Source: Pelobium sp. (GTDB lineage: Bacteria > Bacteroidota > Bacteroidia > Sphingobacteriales > Sphingobacteriaceae). From it: 64,000 nt of DNA. The stretch's first letter is position 1, and each line of letters begins with the position of its first letter. Of the stretch, positions 10,956-21,360 are shown piece by piece. The position numbers were made by a program, and so were the translations under genes. The notes under the pieces were generated by a model that was given only the letters and a program-made list of their open reading frames with translations, did not search any database and was not told where the DNA came from. The stretch is taken from NCBI GenBank assembly GCA_045629485.1, contig JAZQRF010000199.1, positions 21,932 to 85,931 on the forward strand. Direction: 5' to 3'.

Positions 10956-12134
10956 ATGAAAAGACTATTATCAACTTTTATTTTGTTGAGCTTTGTTGGG
11001 ATAGCTGTAGCTCAAAAATCAGAAATTAGTGCGGCAAAAAATAATTATGCACTTTTTGAAGTTACTTTGCAGGGTAAAGGAGACCTCAAAAAGAAGTTAG
11101 AAACGCTTAACCTGGCTAAAGCATCTATAGACAAGGCTACAGAACATGAGAAAACCAAAAATTCTGCTGAAGCATGGACCTATAAGGCAATTATTTATTC
11201 TGCAATTGCTGTAAACGATACCGTTAATGTGTCTAATGCAAATGCCGCTTTTAAAACAGCACAAGAGGCTATTGTTAAAGCAAAAGAATTAGATAAAGAT
11301 GGTAAAGAAAAAGTTAATATAGAAAACGCTGAGAGAAACCTTTCTATAGTTATGCAAAATAAAGGTGTATCTGCTTTCAACAAGAAGGATTATAAAGAGG
11401 CTTATAATTCTTTCAAATACATTGCAGACGTAATGAAAAATGACTCTTTGTATAACATGTATACGGCTATTGCAGCAAATAATGCCCAAATGCCCGATGA
11501 GGCTATTAAGTATTATACCAAAACTCTTGCATTAAATACAGGTAACCCGGGTCTTTATCAGGAGTTAGGTCGCTTATACCTTGCCAAAGCTGATACAACT
11601 ACTGCTCTTAAAACATTTGAAGAAGGCAGAGCAAAACACCCAGATAATGTTAATTTAATGTTTGATGAGCTTAACATTTATTTAAACAGAGGGCAGGTAG
11701 CTTCTCAAATCTCTAAAATTGAAAATGCGATAAGTAAAGATCCAAACAATAAAACATTATATTTTGTTTCTGGTATAGCCTACGCCTCTAATAAAGATTT
11801 TGAAAAGGCAGAAGCAGCTTACAAGAAAGCATTAGAGATAGATCCAGCTTATACAGATGCTATTTATAACTTGGCTATTATTTACATTGATAGAGGAAAC
11901 ACCTTTATTAACGAAGCCAATAAGCTTCCTAATAACAAATCTTCTGATGCGAAATATAATGCGCTTAAAGGTAAATTTGAAGTAGAATTAGGTAAATCTT
12001 TACCATTATTAGAAAAAGCCAGAGAATTAAATCCGAAGGACGCAAATGTACTTACAACTTTAAGAGAGGTATATGTAAAGCTAAATAAAATGGATAAAGC
12101 AGCTGAAATGAAAAAAGCATTAAGCGAGCTTTAA
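10956..12134 (+). CDS. TPR-repeat protein (exported)
   Basis: 392 aa with a signal peptide and multiple TPR-like repeats (AYKKALEIDPAYTDAIYNLA...). Followed by a strong terminator. Confidence 0.75.
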   Translation: MKRLLSTFILLSFVGIAVAQKSEISAAKNNYALFEVTLQGKGDLKKKLETLNLAKASIDKATEHEKTKNSAEAWTYKAIIYSAIAVNDTVNVSNANAAFKTAQEAIVKAKELDKDGKEKVNIENAERNLSIVMQNKGVSAFNKKDYKEAYNSFKYIADVMKNDSLYNMYTAIAANNAQMPDEAIKYYTKTLALNTGNPGLYQELGRLYLAKADTTTALKTFEEGRAKHPDNVNLMFDELNIYLNRGQVASQISKIENAISKDPNNKTLYFVSGIAYASNKDFEKAEAAYKKALEIDPAYTDAIYNLAIIYIDRGNTFINEANKLPNNKSSDAKYNALKGKFEVELGKSLPLLEKARELNPKDANVLTTLREVYVKLNKMDKAAEMKKALSEL

Positions 12135-12151
12135 TCATTTCTATTTGATAT

Positions 12152-12180
12152 AAAAGCCCCGAATTATCGGGGCTTTTTTT
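12152..12180 (+). terminator. rho-independent terminator after TPR gene
   Basis: Stem GCCCCGA/TCGGGGC, loop ATTA, a T7 tail and an A-run upstream. Confidence 0.8.
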
Positions 12181-12278
12181 GTTGGGATAAATTATCAATT
12201 TTTTAAAAAAGCTAACAATAAACCATGTATTATTTTGGAATTCGAAATTTTACTTTATATATATTATTTAGCGGTGCT

Positions 12279-12286
12279 TAAATTTG
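12279..12286 (+). promoter_or_regulatory. candidate -7 box (TAAATTTG) for ppc
   Basis: Exact TAnnTTTG match 37 nt upstream of the ppc ATG (12323). Confidence 0.3.
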
Positions 12287-12322
12287 GAATCATTTTAAGA
12301 TTAGCGTAATTTTCCCTCAATT

Positions 12323-14911
12323 ATGTTTTCACTTAAACCAAAATTAAATTCCAAAGAAACTGTATATAAAAATGAGGTTACCACCAAGTTTGAATTGTAC
12401 AACAGTCTTTTCTTAACTCTCCCTTTTTACCGAGTTAAAAATACAGGTTTAGCACTGCCTTATTTTTTTTCGCATTGCGAAGAAGGAGTTGCAAATAAAC
12501 AACGTCCTGATGATATCATAGAATCTTTTTTTGATAAGCAAAAAGGTATAACAGACGAGCATGAAGCTATTGATCTGCTTTTCAGATTTATTCAATATAT
12601 AGAGAGACAAGTAGTACTTTTTGATGCTGTGGAAGATGCTGCGTTCTCTAAAATAAGATCGACTGATGATACCAGTACCTTAGGCGTTTTAATGAATAAA
12701 TCTTTACAAGACGAAGATTTATACAAGCGTATTCAGGATTGTTTGAGAGAATTTAAACTCAGACTGGTTTTAACAGCACACCCAACTCAGTTCTACCCGG
12801 GTCCTGTATTAGGAATTGTTACAGATTTAACCGAAGCAATCAAGAACAATGATGTTAATTCCATCAATTTCTTATTACAGCAATTAGGTAAAACGCCATT
12901 CTTTAAAAAGGAAAAACCTACACCTGTAGACGAGGCTACCAGTTTAAACTGGTACTTAGAAAATATATTATACCAAACAGCTTCAGATGTTCACAATAAT
13001 CTTGAAGAGGTTTTTAAACTTAATTTAGGGAATCATAGCTTAATAGAGCTAGGGTTTTGGCCAGGCGGAGATCGTGATGGCAACCCCTTTGTTACTGCTG
13101 AGACTACCAAACAAGTTTCTACTTACTTAAGACAAGCATTGTTTAGGTGTTATTATCGTGATTTTAAGAAGCTAAAGCGCAGAATTACTTTTAATGGAAC
13201 CGGGAAATATATAGAGCATCTTGAGAGTATTATTTATTCTAATGCCTTTAACTCAGCAATCACAGAAATCAATATCAAAGAAACTCTTTTAAGTAATTTA
13301 AAATCAATTAAAGAGGTATTGGCAAATCATCACGATGGTTTATTTACAGAACTGGTTGATGATTTGATTTGGAAAGTGAAGCTTTTTGGTTGCCACTTTG
13401 CATCGTTAGATATCCGTCAGGATAGCCGGGTTCTTAGAACGTTGTTTAAAGAATGTATTGAATCCGATGAATTAAAAGGCCTGGTACCACCCAATTATTT
13501 TGAACTTTCTGAAGAGGAAAAGATTGCGGCAATTCCTCTTTCGGAGGCTGATTTCATCAGTTATTCATCCTTTTCAGATCTAAGTAAAGATTCTTTGGAT
13601 GTGATAAGACTGATAAAAGACATGCAAAACCAAAACGGTAAAAGAGCTTGTCATCGTTTTATCATCAGCAACTGTCAGAAAGCGTCCGATATTCTCCAGC
13701 TTAAACAATTATTCTTATGGAGCGGTTGGAAACCCGAAGAGTTGGATATAGATTTTGTTCCTCTTTTTGAAACCATAGATGATTTAAAGTTAGCTGATGG
13801 TATAATGGAAAAGGTTTATAATAACGCCATTTATCAAAAACATCTAGAGCGTAGAAAAAAACGTCAGGTAATTATGCTGGGTTTCTCAGACAGTACCAAA
13901 GACGGGGGGTATTTAATGTCTAACTATGCGATTTATTATGCCAAATCCAGCCTTACCGGGATTTCCCGCAAATATGATATTGATTTAGCATTTTTTGATG
14001 GAAGAGGAGGCCCACCTGCCAGAGGTGGCGGAAAAACTCACAAGTTCTATGCCTCTTTTGGTAAAGATGTAGCCAACAAACAAATTCAAATGACGGTACA
14101 GGGGCAAACTATCAGCTCACTTTACGGCACCTTTGAAAGCTCTACAAACAATATGGAACAGCTGATCCATGCTGGAATTAATTCAGCATTGGAAAGACAA
14201 CATGCAAATACCATGACCACTGAAGAGAAGGAGTTATTCTCTGCTATGGCGGATACAAGTTATGCCAAATTTATGGAGTTAAGGGAGCATCCATTGTTTC
14301 TTAAATTTATGGAAGTGCAAACGCCTTTAAAAATGCTTTCTCAAATTAATATCAGTAGCCGCCCGGTTAAAAGAAATTCTGATGCTGAATTGAAATTGGA
14401 AGATTTAAGAGCGATTAGTTTCGTGACCTCATGGAGTCAGGCAAAACTTAATATCCCTGGGTTTTATGGGGTTGGCAGTGCCTTAAAACAAGTAAAAGAA
14501 AGTGGAGACTGGGATAAAGCGAAAGATCTTTACCGCGAATCCGGCTTCTTTAAAACTGTAATAGACAATTGCATGATGTCTATGAGCAAAGCAGATTTTA
14601 GGCTAACCGAATATTTATCAGAGGACAAAACTTTTGGTGAATTCTGGAAAGCTATGAAAAAAGAATTTGACCTTACACAGGAGTTGGTTTTAGATCTTTC
14701 TAATACTTCGTCTTTAATGGAAAAAAATCCGACTGATAAGAGATCTATTTCTTTAAGAGAGAAAATTGTAATGCCTCTGGTTATTATACAGCGCTACGCT
14801 ATAATTAAGTCTTTATCTACAGAAATTTCCGACGAGCAGAGAGAGATTTACAATAAATTAATACTTAGAACATTATACGGAATCGTAAACGCGGCTCGTA
14901 ACTCCGCTTAA
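12323..14911 (+). CDS. ppc: phosphoenolpyruvate carboxylase
   Basis: 862 aa with the PEPC signatures VLTAHPTQ and FDGRGGPPARGGG. Confidence 0.93.
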   Translation: MFSLKPKLNSKETVYKNEVTTKFELYNSLFLTLPFYRVKNTGLALPYFFSHCEEGVANKQRPDDIIESFFDKQKGITDEHEAIDLLFRFIQYIERQVVLFDAVEDAAFSKIRSTDDTSTLGVLMNKSLQDEDLYKRIQDCLREFKLRLVLTAHPTQFYPGPVLGIVTDLTEAIKNNDVNSINFLLQQLGKTPFFKKEKPTPVDEATSLNWYLENILYQTASDVHNNLEEVFKLNLGNHSLIELGFWPGGDRDGNPFVTAETTKQVSTYLRQALFRCYYRDFKKLKRRITFNGTGKYIEHLESIIYSNAFNSAITEINIKETLLSNLKSIKEVLANHHDGLFTELVDDLIWKVKLFGCHFASLDIRQDSRVLRTLFKECIESDELKGLVPPNYFELSEEEKIAAIPLSEADFISYSSFSDLSKDSLDVIRLIKDMQNQNGKRACHRFIISNCQKASDILQLKQLFLWSGWKPEELDIDFVPLFETIDDLKLADGIMEKVYNNAIYQKHLERRKKRQVIMLGFSDSTKDGGYLMSNYAIYYAKSSLTGISRKYDIDLAFFDGRGGPPARGGGKTHKFYASFGKDVANKQIQMTVQGQTISSLYGTFESSTNNMEQLIHAGINSALERQHANTMTTEEKELFSAMADTSYAKFMELREHPLFLKFMEVQTPLKMLSQINISSRPVKRNSDAELKLEDLRAISFVTSWSQAKLNIPGFYGVGSALKQVKESGDWDKAKDLYRESGFFKTVIDNCMMSMSKADFRLTEYLSEDKTFGEFWKAMKKEFDLTQELVLDLSNTSSLMEKNPTDKRSISLREKIVMPLVIIQRYAIIKSLSTEISDEQREIYNKLILRTLYGIVNAARNSA

Positions 14912-14926
14912 TGCTATTCTTATCAT

Positions 14927-14965
14927 AAAAAAAGCTTCCTGAAAATCATCAGGAAGCTTTTTTTT
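14927..14965. terminator. bidirectional rho-independent terminator (ppc / polyprenyl synthase convergent pair)
   Basis: 10-bp stem AGCTTCCTGA/TCAGGAAGCT with a 6-nt loop, flanked by A7 upstream and T8 downstream. Confidence 0.8.
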
Positions 14966-14976
14966 ATGCCATTTAA

Positions 14977-15951
14977 TTAGTTTTCTCTGATAAGAATCAT
15001 ATTTGAAAAATCATTAAATATAGTTTTTCTGTCTTCAGGTATATTTATGCTTTTTAACGCTGTTAGCCCTTTCTCTGCAAATTCAAACATTGTATTCTCA
15101 GCAAATTCTCTAATATTTAATTCGTTGTAGATGGCTGTTACTCTGCTTATTTTATCTGCTGTACCTATAGAACCATCAGATAAGAGAATTTCTAATTCTT
15201 CGGACTGTGGTTTATCCGCAGTTTCCAGGGCCTTAATCAATAAAAAAGTCTTCTTATTAGATAAAATATCCCCTCCAACTTGTTTTCCAAATTTTTCAGG
15301 ATCTCCGTAAACATCCAAAATGTCATCCTGTAACTGGAATGCGATTCCCAGGTTTACTCCAAAATCATATAATAATTGAGCTTCTTTTTCTTCTGCTTTA
15401 CCTATTAAGGCACCCATTTTCAAAGCTCCTCCTAACAATACAGCTGTTTTTAGCTTAATCATTTCTATATATTCTTCGATTTTAACAGTTCCACGCTGTT
15501 CGAAGTTCATATCTATTTGCTGACCTTCGCAAACGCCAACAGCAGTTTCGTTAAAAATTTTTAAAATTTGTGGCAGTATTTCAGGATCTACATGGACCAA
15601 TAATTTATAGGCTTCGATAAGCATAACATCACCTGATAGAATAGCAATAGCTTCATTCCATTTCTCATGAACAGTAGGATTGCCTCTCCTTAACGGAGCT
15701 TTATCCATGATATCATCATGCATAAGGGTGAAGTTGTGAAATACCTCTATTGCTAATGCCGGTTTAATAGCATCTTTAACTTTTCCTTTAAAAAGGTCTA
15801 CAGCCATGAGTAAGAGTACAGGCCTTAATCTTTTTCCTCCCAAATTCATCAAATAGGAGACAGGTTCATATAGTTCTTTTGGTTCTTGTGGAAATGATTG
15901 ATCATTTATCGCTTCTAAAACCAGCTCTTGAAGATCTTTTATGGTATACAT
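14977..15951 (-). CDS. polyprenyl diphosphate synthase (trans-isoprenyl diphosphate synthase family)
   Basis: 324 aa with both aspartate-rich motifs, LMHDDIMD and FQLQDDILD. Confidence 0.9.
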   Translation of the reverse strand: MYTIKDLQELVLEAINDQSFPQEPKELYEPVSYLMNLGGKRLRPVLLLMAVDLFKGKVKDAIKPALAIEVFHNFTLMHDDIMDKAPLRRGNPTVHEKWNEAIAILSGDVMLIEAYKLLVHVDPEILPQILKIFNETAVGVCEGQQIDMNFEQRGTVKIEEYIEMIKLKTAVLLGGALKMGALIGKAEEKEAQLLYDFGVNLGIAFQLQDDILDVYGDPEKFGKQVGGDILSNKKTFLLIKALETADKPQSEELEILLSDGSIGTADKISRVTAIYNELNIREFAENTMFEFAEKGLTALKSINIPEDRKTIFNDFSNMILIREN

Positions 15952-15965
15952 CAGGTTTTAAATTA

Positions 15966-15989
15966 AGTAGGAACCGCTAAATTCCTACT
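15966..15989 (-). terminator. hairpin after rnr
   Basis: 8-bp stem AGTAGGAA/TTCCTACT with an 8-nt loop, between the rnr stop (16001) and the next gene's start (15951). The tail is only moderately T-rich. Confidence 0.4.
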
Positions 15990-16000
15990 CCTAAAATGTT

Positions 16001-18130
16001 TTAATCTGTTATTAGAGTGAAATCAATTTGTCTTTTGCTTAAATCCACGCGTTTCACTTTTATTTGTACTTCGTCGCCAAGTTGGAAAGTTTTCTTCTTA
16101 CGCTGACCTATAATACAATAGTTCTTTTCGTCTAAGGTGTAAAAGTCATCAGAAATATCCCGTAGTCTGATCATTCCTTCACATTTATTCTCTTCTATTT
16201 CTACGTACATTCCCCACTCGGTAACTCCAGAAACTATTCCTAAATAAACATTACCGATATTATCCTGAAGGTATTCGGCTTGTTTGTACTTAGTAGAAGC
16301 TCTTTCTGCATCAGCAGCTTTTTTCTCCATTTGAGAAGCATGAGCACACATTTTTTCATAATGTTCTGCATTGGCATTAGCACCATTATCTAAATAATGT
16401 TGTAATAAACGATGAACCATTACATCCGGATAACGACGGATAGGAGAGGTAAAGTGTGTGTAAAAATCAAAAGCCAAACCGTAATGGCTGCTACTTTTTG
16501 TAGTATAAATGGCTTTCGCCATAGACCTGATAGCTAATTGAGTAAGTACATTTTGTTCTTTTTTACCTTCTACATCGGCCATTAATTTATTCAAAGATCT
16601 TGCTGTATCTCTATCAGATTTCATGGAGATTTTATGACCAAACTTAGCTGCAAATTGTGCGAAATTAATTAAACTATCCTCCTTTGGAGTATCATGTGCC
16701 CTGTAAACAAATGTAAGTTTATGTTTTCCTTTGCCCTTTTTAGCAACAAATTCCGCTACTCTTCGGTTGGCCAGCAACATAAAATCTTCGATTAATTTAT
16801 GAGCATCTTTACGTTCTTTAACATAAACGCCAATAGGTTTTCCCTTATCGTCTAATTTGAACTTTACTTCCGTAGATTCGAAATTAATAGCGCCATGTTT
16901 GAATTTACGCTCCCTTAATTTATAGGCCAGCTCATTCAATTTAAGAATTTCAGTAACATAATCACCTTCCTTATTTTCTATAATTTCCTGCACTTCCTCA
17001 TAAGCGAATCTTCTGTCAGAATAAATTACTGTTTTACCAAACCATTCGTTAATAATATGAGCATCTTCATCTAATTCAAAAACTGCCGAAAAACATAGTT
17101 TTTCTTCTTTTGGCCTCAAGGAACACAAACCATTTGAAAGCCTTTCCGGAAGCATTGGAATTACCCTGTCTACCAGGTATACAGAAGTTCCGCGATCATA
17201 GGCTTCTTTGTCTAAGGCAGTGTCTGGAACAACATAATGAGAAACATCCGCTATGTGTACACCAACTTCGTAATTGCCATTTTCTAATATTTTAAAGGAT
17301 ATTGCATCATCGAAATCTTTAGCGTCGAACGGATCGATGGTGATCGTTAGCGTGTCTCTGAAGTCTCTTCTTTTTGCAATTTCTTCAGGGCTAATTTCAG
17401 GAGAAATGGCTTCGGCCTCTTTTTCTACTTCTTCGGGAAAATTTAGAGGAAATCCGTATTCTGCAAGGATAGCATTCATCTCGGTGTCATTCTCACCCTG
17501 CTTTCCTAAAATGCTTTTAATAATACCTACAGGATTTTTTGCTCCCTCAGGCCAATCTACAATCCTCGCTAAAGCTTTTACACCGTTTCTGGCTCCGTTA
17601 AGGTCTTCTAACGGAATAAATATATCATGCAGCATTTTCCGGTCATCAGGGATAAAAAATGCGAAATGCTGGGAAAGTTTAACCAAGCCGGTAAATTCAT
17701 ACTTGGCCCTGCTAATTATTTCTACCACTTCTCCTTCTTTTCTTTTTCCCTTCTTACTGGCATAAACATAGATTTTAACACGGTCTCCGTGGAGCGCATT
17801 TCTTAATTTCCTGGGAGCGATATAAATGTCATTTTCAAAAGTATCTTCAGGTATTAAAAATGCAGAGCCATCATTAGCCATATCTATTTTTCCATTTACA
17901 AAAGTTTTTACTTCCTGTAACTGGAACTTACCTTTTACTTTTTCTGTAAAAATTCCGTCTTCCTTATGATCTTTTAAAATAGAAAGTATGGTTTTCTTAG
18001 AATCCGGATCAGATATGTTTAACGCAGCAGCTACTTGCTTGTAGTTTAAAGGCTTGTTTCCCGATTTTTCAAAAATATCGGTGATAAGCTGTGTGAGTAT
18101 CTGTTTTGTATTATTTTCGTTGTTAGACAT
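16001..18130 (-). CDS. rnr: ribonuclease R
   Basis: 709 aa. N-terminal HTH/cold-shock-like region, RNB catalytic domain and a C-terminal S1 domain (GIVSGVTEWGMYVEI). Confidence 0.93.
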   Translation of the reverse strand: MSNNENNTKQILTQLITDIFEKSGNKPLNYKQVAAALNISDPDSKKTILSILKDHKEDGIFTEKVKGKFQLQEVKTFVNGKIDMANDGSAFLIPEDTFENDIYIAPRKLRNALHGDRVKIYVYASKKGKRKEGEVVEIISRAKYEFTGLVKLSQHFAFFIPDDRKMLHDIFIPLEDLNGARNGVKALARIVDWPEGAKNPVGIIKSILGKQGENDTEMNAILAEYGFPLNFPEEVEKEAEAISPEISPEEIAKRRDFRDTLTITIDPFDAKDFDDAISFKILENGNYEVGVHIADVSHYVVPDTALDKEAYDRGTSVYLVDRVIPMLPERLSNGLCSLRPKEEKLCFSAVFELDEDAHIINEWFGKTVIYSDRRFAYEEVQEIIENKEGDYVTEILKLNELAYKLRERKFKHGAINFESTEVKFKLDDKGKPIGVYVKERKDAHKLIEDFMLLANRRVAEFVAKKGKGKHKLTFVYRAHDTPKEDSLINFAQFAAKFGHKISMKSDRDTARSLNKLMADVEGKKEQNVLTQLAIRSMAKAIYTTKSSSHYGLAFDFYTHFTSPIRRYPDVMVHRLLQHYLDNGANANAEHYEKMCAHASQMEKKAADAERASTKYKQAEYLQDNIGNVYLGIVSGVTEWGMYVEIEENKCEGMIRLRDISDDFYTLDEKNYCIIGQRKKKTFQLGDEVQIKVKRVDLSKRQIDFTLITD

Positions 18131-18196
18131 ATCAAATGCGTTTGCTTTAAATATAATCTTAAATGTTTAATTTGAGATTATGTTTGGATAAATATC

Positions 18197-18234
18197 AAAA
18201 AATAATGCCTAAACATTTAGCTTAGGCATTATTT
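18197..18234 (-). terminator. rho-independent terminator after the topA-orf135 unit
   Basis: 13-bp stem AAATAATGCCTAA/TTAGGCATTATTT. On the minus strand the stem runs into a T-run (cattattttttg). Confidence 0.6.
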
Positions 18235-18262
18235 AACTGATAAATTTTTAATAGTACAATCA

Positions 18263-18670
18263 CTATTTTCCGACCATCACTCCGGGTTTATTCACCAGGG
18301 GTATTTTAATAAAATTAGCATCAACAATACTCTCCGGAAGGAAAATGAATTTTTTGTCGAATATCTCTTTATTGATATAATAAGAAATCCAGTATTCGTT
18401 GTTTAGTCCAAAAACCTGTTCGTCTATGATTTCTATTTTAGCAAAATCCTTTGCAGCTAACAGAGGAATCATATGCCTTAAAATAGAAGTCTTCACTTCT
18501 TCGCCGTCTTTTAGACCATATCCCTTAGAAGTAATAAGGACGTTCTCTATAGGGGTATCCTTTAAATTTATGAGGTAAACTGCCCATGATTTGTTTTGCG
18601 GAGTTTCATCTTCCAAAACAACAGCCACTGAAATCTCCTCTACAATATTTTCCGGAAGGTCTTTTTTCAT
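18263..18670 (-). CDS. hypothetical protein, co-transcribed with topA
   Basis: 135-aa ORF 15 nt downstream of the topA stop, with its own terminator at 18197..18234. I recognise no domain. Confidence 0.6.
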   Translation of the reverse strand: MKKDLPENIVEEISVAVVLEDETPQNKSWAVYLINLKDTPIENVLITSKGYGLKDGEEVKTSILRHMIPLLAAKDFAKIEIIDEQVFGLNNEYWISYYINKEIFDKKFIFLPESIVDANFIKIPLVNKPGVMVGK

Positions 18671-18685
18671 TCTAATTCTAATAAA

Positions 18686-21256
18686 TTATTTCTTCTTTGC
18701 AGCAGCTTTAGGTTTAGCAACAGCTTTTTTGGCTGTGGCTTTCTTCGCTTTCTTTTCAAAAGCATCAGGGATTTGTTCTACAATCAACTTCTTAACTTCT
18801 TCTAAAGAAAGCTGTGCTAAATCCTCCTCTGTAAACTTTTGGCCGGTTGCATTGTTTTTGCCTAGTTTCACCATTAATTTTCCAAAACGAATAAATGGCC
18901 CCCATCTGCCGTTTTCCAATGCAATTTTTTCTTCTGGCCATTGCTGGATATATCTTTTCGCTTCCTTCTCTATTTTTGCACTAATTAACTCTTCAATATC
19001 CTGCGGCTTTAAATTATCGTAATTATACCTTACGGGGATATTGATATACAAATCGTTCCATTTAATGAAAGGGCCAAAACGACCTTTTCCTTTGGTTACA
19101 GGGAGGCCTTGATGATGAGCTATGGGCGCATCGGCAAGTAACTTCTCGTTGATGATTTCTATAGCTCTTTCTATGTTTACAGAAAGCGGATCCTCATTTT
19201 TAGGAAGGGAAATATAGGTTTCTCCCCATTTAACGTAAGGTCCAAAACGTCCCACGCCTACAGAAACTTCTTTTTCCTGATATTCGTCTAAAATTAGTGG
19301 GAGTTTAAATAATTCCAGCGCTTCTTCTAAATTTATAGTCGATACAGATTGTGTTTTTAATAAGCTGGCATATTTAGGCTTCTCTTCGTCATCCGCCTCA
19401 CCAATTTGCACCATAGGCCCGAATTTCCCTAATCTTGTATAAACGTTTTTGCCAGAATCAGGATCTACACCTAATAATTTTTCTCCACTTGCCCTTTCTG
19501 CGTTTTGTAAAGTATCTTCAACTTCGTTATGAAACGGCTGGTAAAAGTTTTTTAACATTGCTGTCCATTCTTTTAAACCATTTGCAATTTCATCAAATTC
19601 TTTTTCTACAGTTGCTGTGAAATTAAAATCTACGATTCCTTTAAAATGTTCTACTAAAAAATCATTAACAACCGTACCAATATCAGTCGGAAAAAGTTTT
19701 GATTTTTCTGCACCCGCAATTTCAGATTTTGTTTCTGATTTAATCTGATCGTTTTTAAGAACTACTACGCCGTAGTTACGCGGCTTACCTTCTCTATCTT
19801 CTTTAACAACATAACCCCTGTTTTGTACAGTAGAAATAGTAGGAGCATAGGTTGATGGTCTACCAATACCTAACTCTTCCAGTTTTTTAACCAGGGAAGC
19901 TTCAGTATATCTAGCAGCAGGACGGGTGAATCGCTCTGTGGCGGTCATTTCCTGTAGGTTTAATGACTGGCCAATAGATAGTGGAGGCAATAGCGCATTA
20001 TCGCTATTATCGTCTAAATTGTCTTCATTTTCATCATCCTGAGATTCTAGATAAACTTTTAAGAAACCATCAAATTTCATGACTTCACCATTGGCAGTCA
20101 GTTCTTCTTTTCTCGAAGAAATATTAATTTTAGCAGTAGTTTTTTCGAACTGCGCTTCGCTCATTTGCGACGCAATGGCTCTTTTCCAGATCAGCTCGTA
20201 CAAACGCTTTTCTCCGGCATCACCATCTACTGTGTGCCACTCGAAATGGGTTGGGCGAATAGCTTCGTGAGCTTCCTGTGCTCCGGCAGATTTAGTTTTA
20301 AAAACTCTTTTGTTATAATATTTATCCCCGTATGCGCTGTTAATCTCTTTATGAGCTGCATCTAATGCAGTTTCAGAAAGATTAACAGAGTCGGTTCTCA
20401 TGTAAGTTATCTTTCCTGTTTCGTACAGTTTCTGAGCAATGGTCATTGTTCTTGAAACAGAAAAACCAAGTTTTCTGCTGGCTTCCTGTTGCAAAGTAGA
20501 AGTGGTAAATGGGGCAGAAGGACTTCTTTTGGTAGGCCTTGTATCAAGTGCACTTACTTTGTAAGCAGCTCCAATACAGTCTTTCAGGAAGTTTTCTGCA
20601 TCTTCTTTTTTGCTGTATCGCTGAGATAAATCTGCTTTGAAAACTTCCCTTGGTTTTCCTGTATTTAATATCGCAACGATTTTATAGGCAGATTCTGCCT
20701 TGAAATTATTAATTTCTCTTTCTCTGTCTACAATTAACCTTACAGCAACAGATTGCACCCGGCCGGCAGATAGAGAAGGCTTTACTTTTTTCCAAAGTAC
20801 TGGCGAAAGCTCGAAACCAACTAACCTGTCCAGAACACGACGGGCTTGTTGCGCATTTACTAAATTATAATTAATTGTTCTTGGATTATCAATGGCTTTT
20901 AAAATTGCAGGCTTGGTGATTTCGTGGAAAACAATACGTTTAGTATTGCTTTCTTTCAATCCTAAAGAATCGTACAAATGCCACGCTATAGCTTCTCCCT
21001 CGCGGTCCTCATCGGATGCAAGCCATATCATTTCTGCTTCTTTTGCCAATTTCTTTAATTCTGCAACTACTTGTTTTTTATCTGCCGGAATCTCATAATG
21101 TTGTTTAAAACCATTATTTACTTCAATAGCACTGTCATCTTTCTTAAGATCTCTGATATGTCCATAACTAGACTTTACCAAAAAATCTTTTCCTAAGTAT
21201 CCTTCTATTGTTTTAGCTTTCGCCGGAGATTCAACAATCAGTAAATTTTTCGCCAT
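18686..21256 (-). CDS. topA: DNA topoisomerase I
   Basis: 856 aa. Toprim start LLIVESPAKAKTIEGYLG, active-site tyrosine region ITYMRTDS, C-terminal repeats (GRFGPY/GRFGPF/GRWGPF) and a Lys/Ala-rich tail. Confidence 0.96.
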   Translation of the reverse strand: MAKNLLIVESPAKAKTIEGYLGKDFLVKSSYGHIRDLKKDDSAIEVNNGFKQHYEIPADKKQVVAELKKLAKEAEMIWLASDEDREGEAIAWHLYDSLGLKESNTKRIVFHEITKPAILKAIDNPRTINYNLVNAQQARRVLDRLVGFELSPVLWKKVKPSLSAGRVQSVAVRLIVDREREINNFKAESAYKIVAILNTGKPREVFKADLSQRYSKKEDAENFLKDCIGAAYKVSALDTRPTKRSPSAPFTTSTLQQEASRKLGFSVSRTMTIAQKLYETGKITYMRTDSVNLSETALDAAHKEINSAYGDKYYNKRVFKTKSAGAQEAHEAIRPTHFEWHTVDGDAGEKRLYELIWKRAIASQMSEAQFEKTTAKINISSRKEELTANGEVMKFDGFLKVYLESQDDENEDNLDDNSDNALLPPLSIGQSLNLQEMTATERFTRPAARYTEASLVKKLEELGIGRPSTYAPTISTVQNRGYVVKEDREGKPRNYGVVVLKNDQIKSETKSEIAGAEKSKLFPTDIGTVVNDFLVEHFKGIVDFNFTATVEKEFDEIANGLKEWTAMLKNFYQPFHNEVEDTLQNAERASGEKLLGVDPDSGKNVYTRLGKFGPMVQIGEADDEEKPKYASLLKTQSVSTINLEEALELFKLPLILDEYQEKEVSVGVGRFGPYVKWGETYISLPKNEDPLSVNIERAIEIINEKLLADAPIAHHQGLPVTKGKGRFGPFIKWNDLYINIPVRYNYDNLKPQDIEELISAKIEKEAKRYIQQWPEEKIALENGRWGPFIRFGKLMVKLGKNNATGQKFTEEDLAQLSLEEVKKLIVEQIPDAFEKKAKKATAKKAVAKPKAAAKKK

Positions 21257-21360
21257 TAAAATCAGATTTTACGCAAATAAAGGATAATTAAACTATTTAT
21301 CCCAAAAATCGAAGATTAAAAACTAAAAAAATAAAAATGCAGAGGAATGGTAGGGCAATT

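Noticed and set aside
17274-17765. 163-aa ORF on the + strand
   Set aside because: It lies entirely antisense within the well-supported rnr gene. It has a Ser/Leu/Phe-rich low-complexity composition typical of an antisense frame, with no motif and no promoter context.
18591-19022. 143-aa ORF on the + strand
   Set aside because: It is antisense across the topA 3' end and the orf135 5' end. Its hydrophobic Phe/Ala run is the mirror image of the Lys/Ala tail codons of topA.
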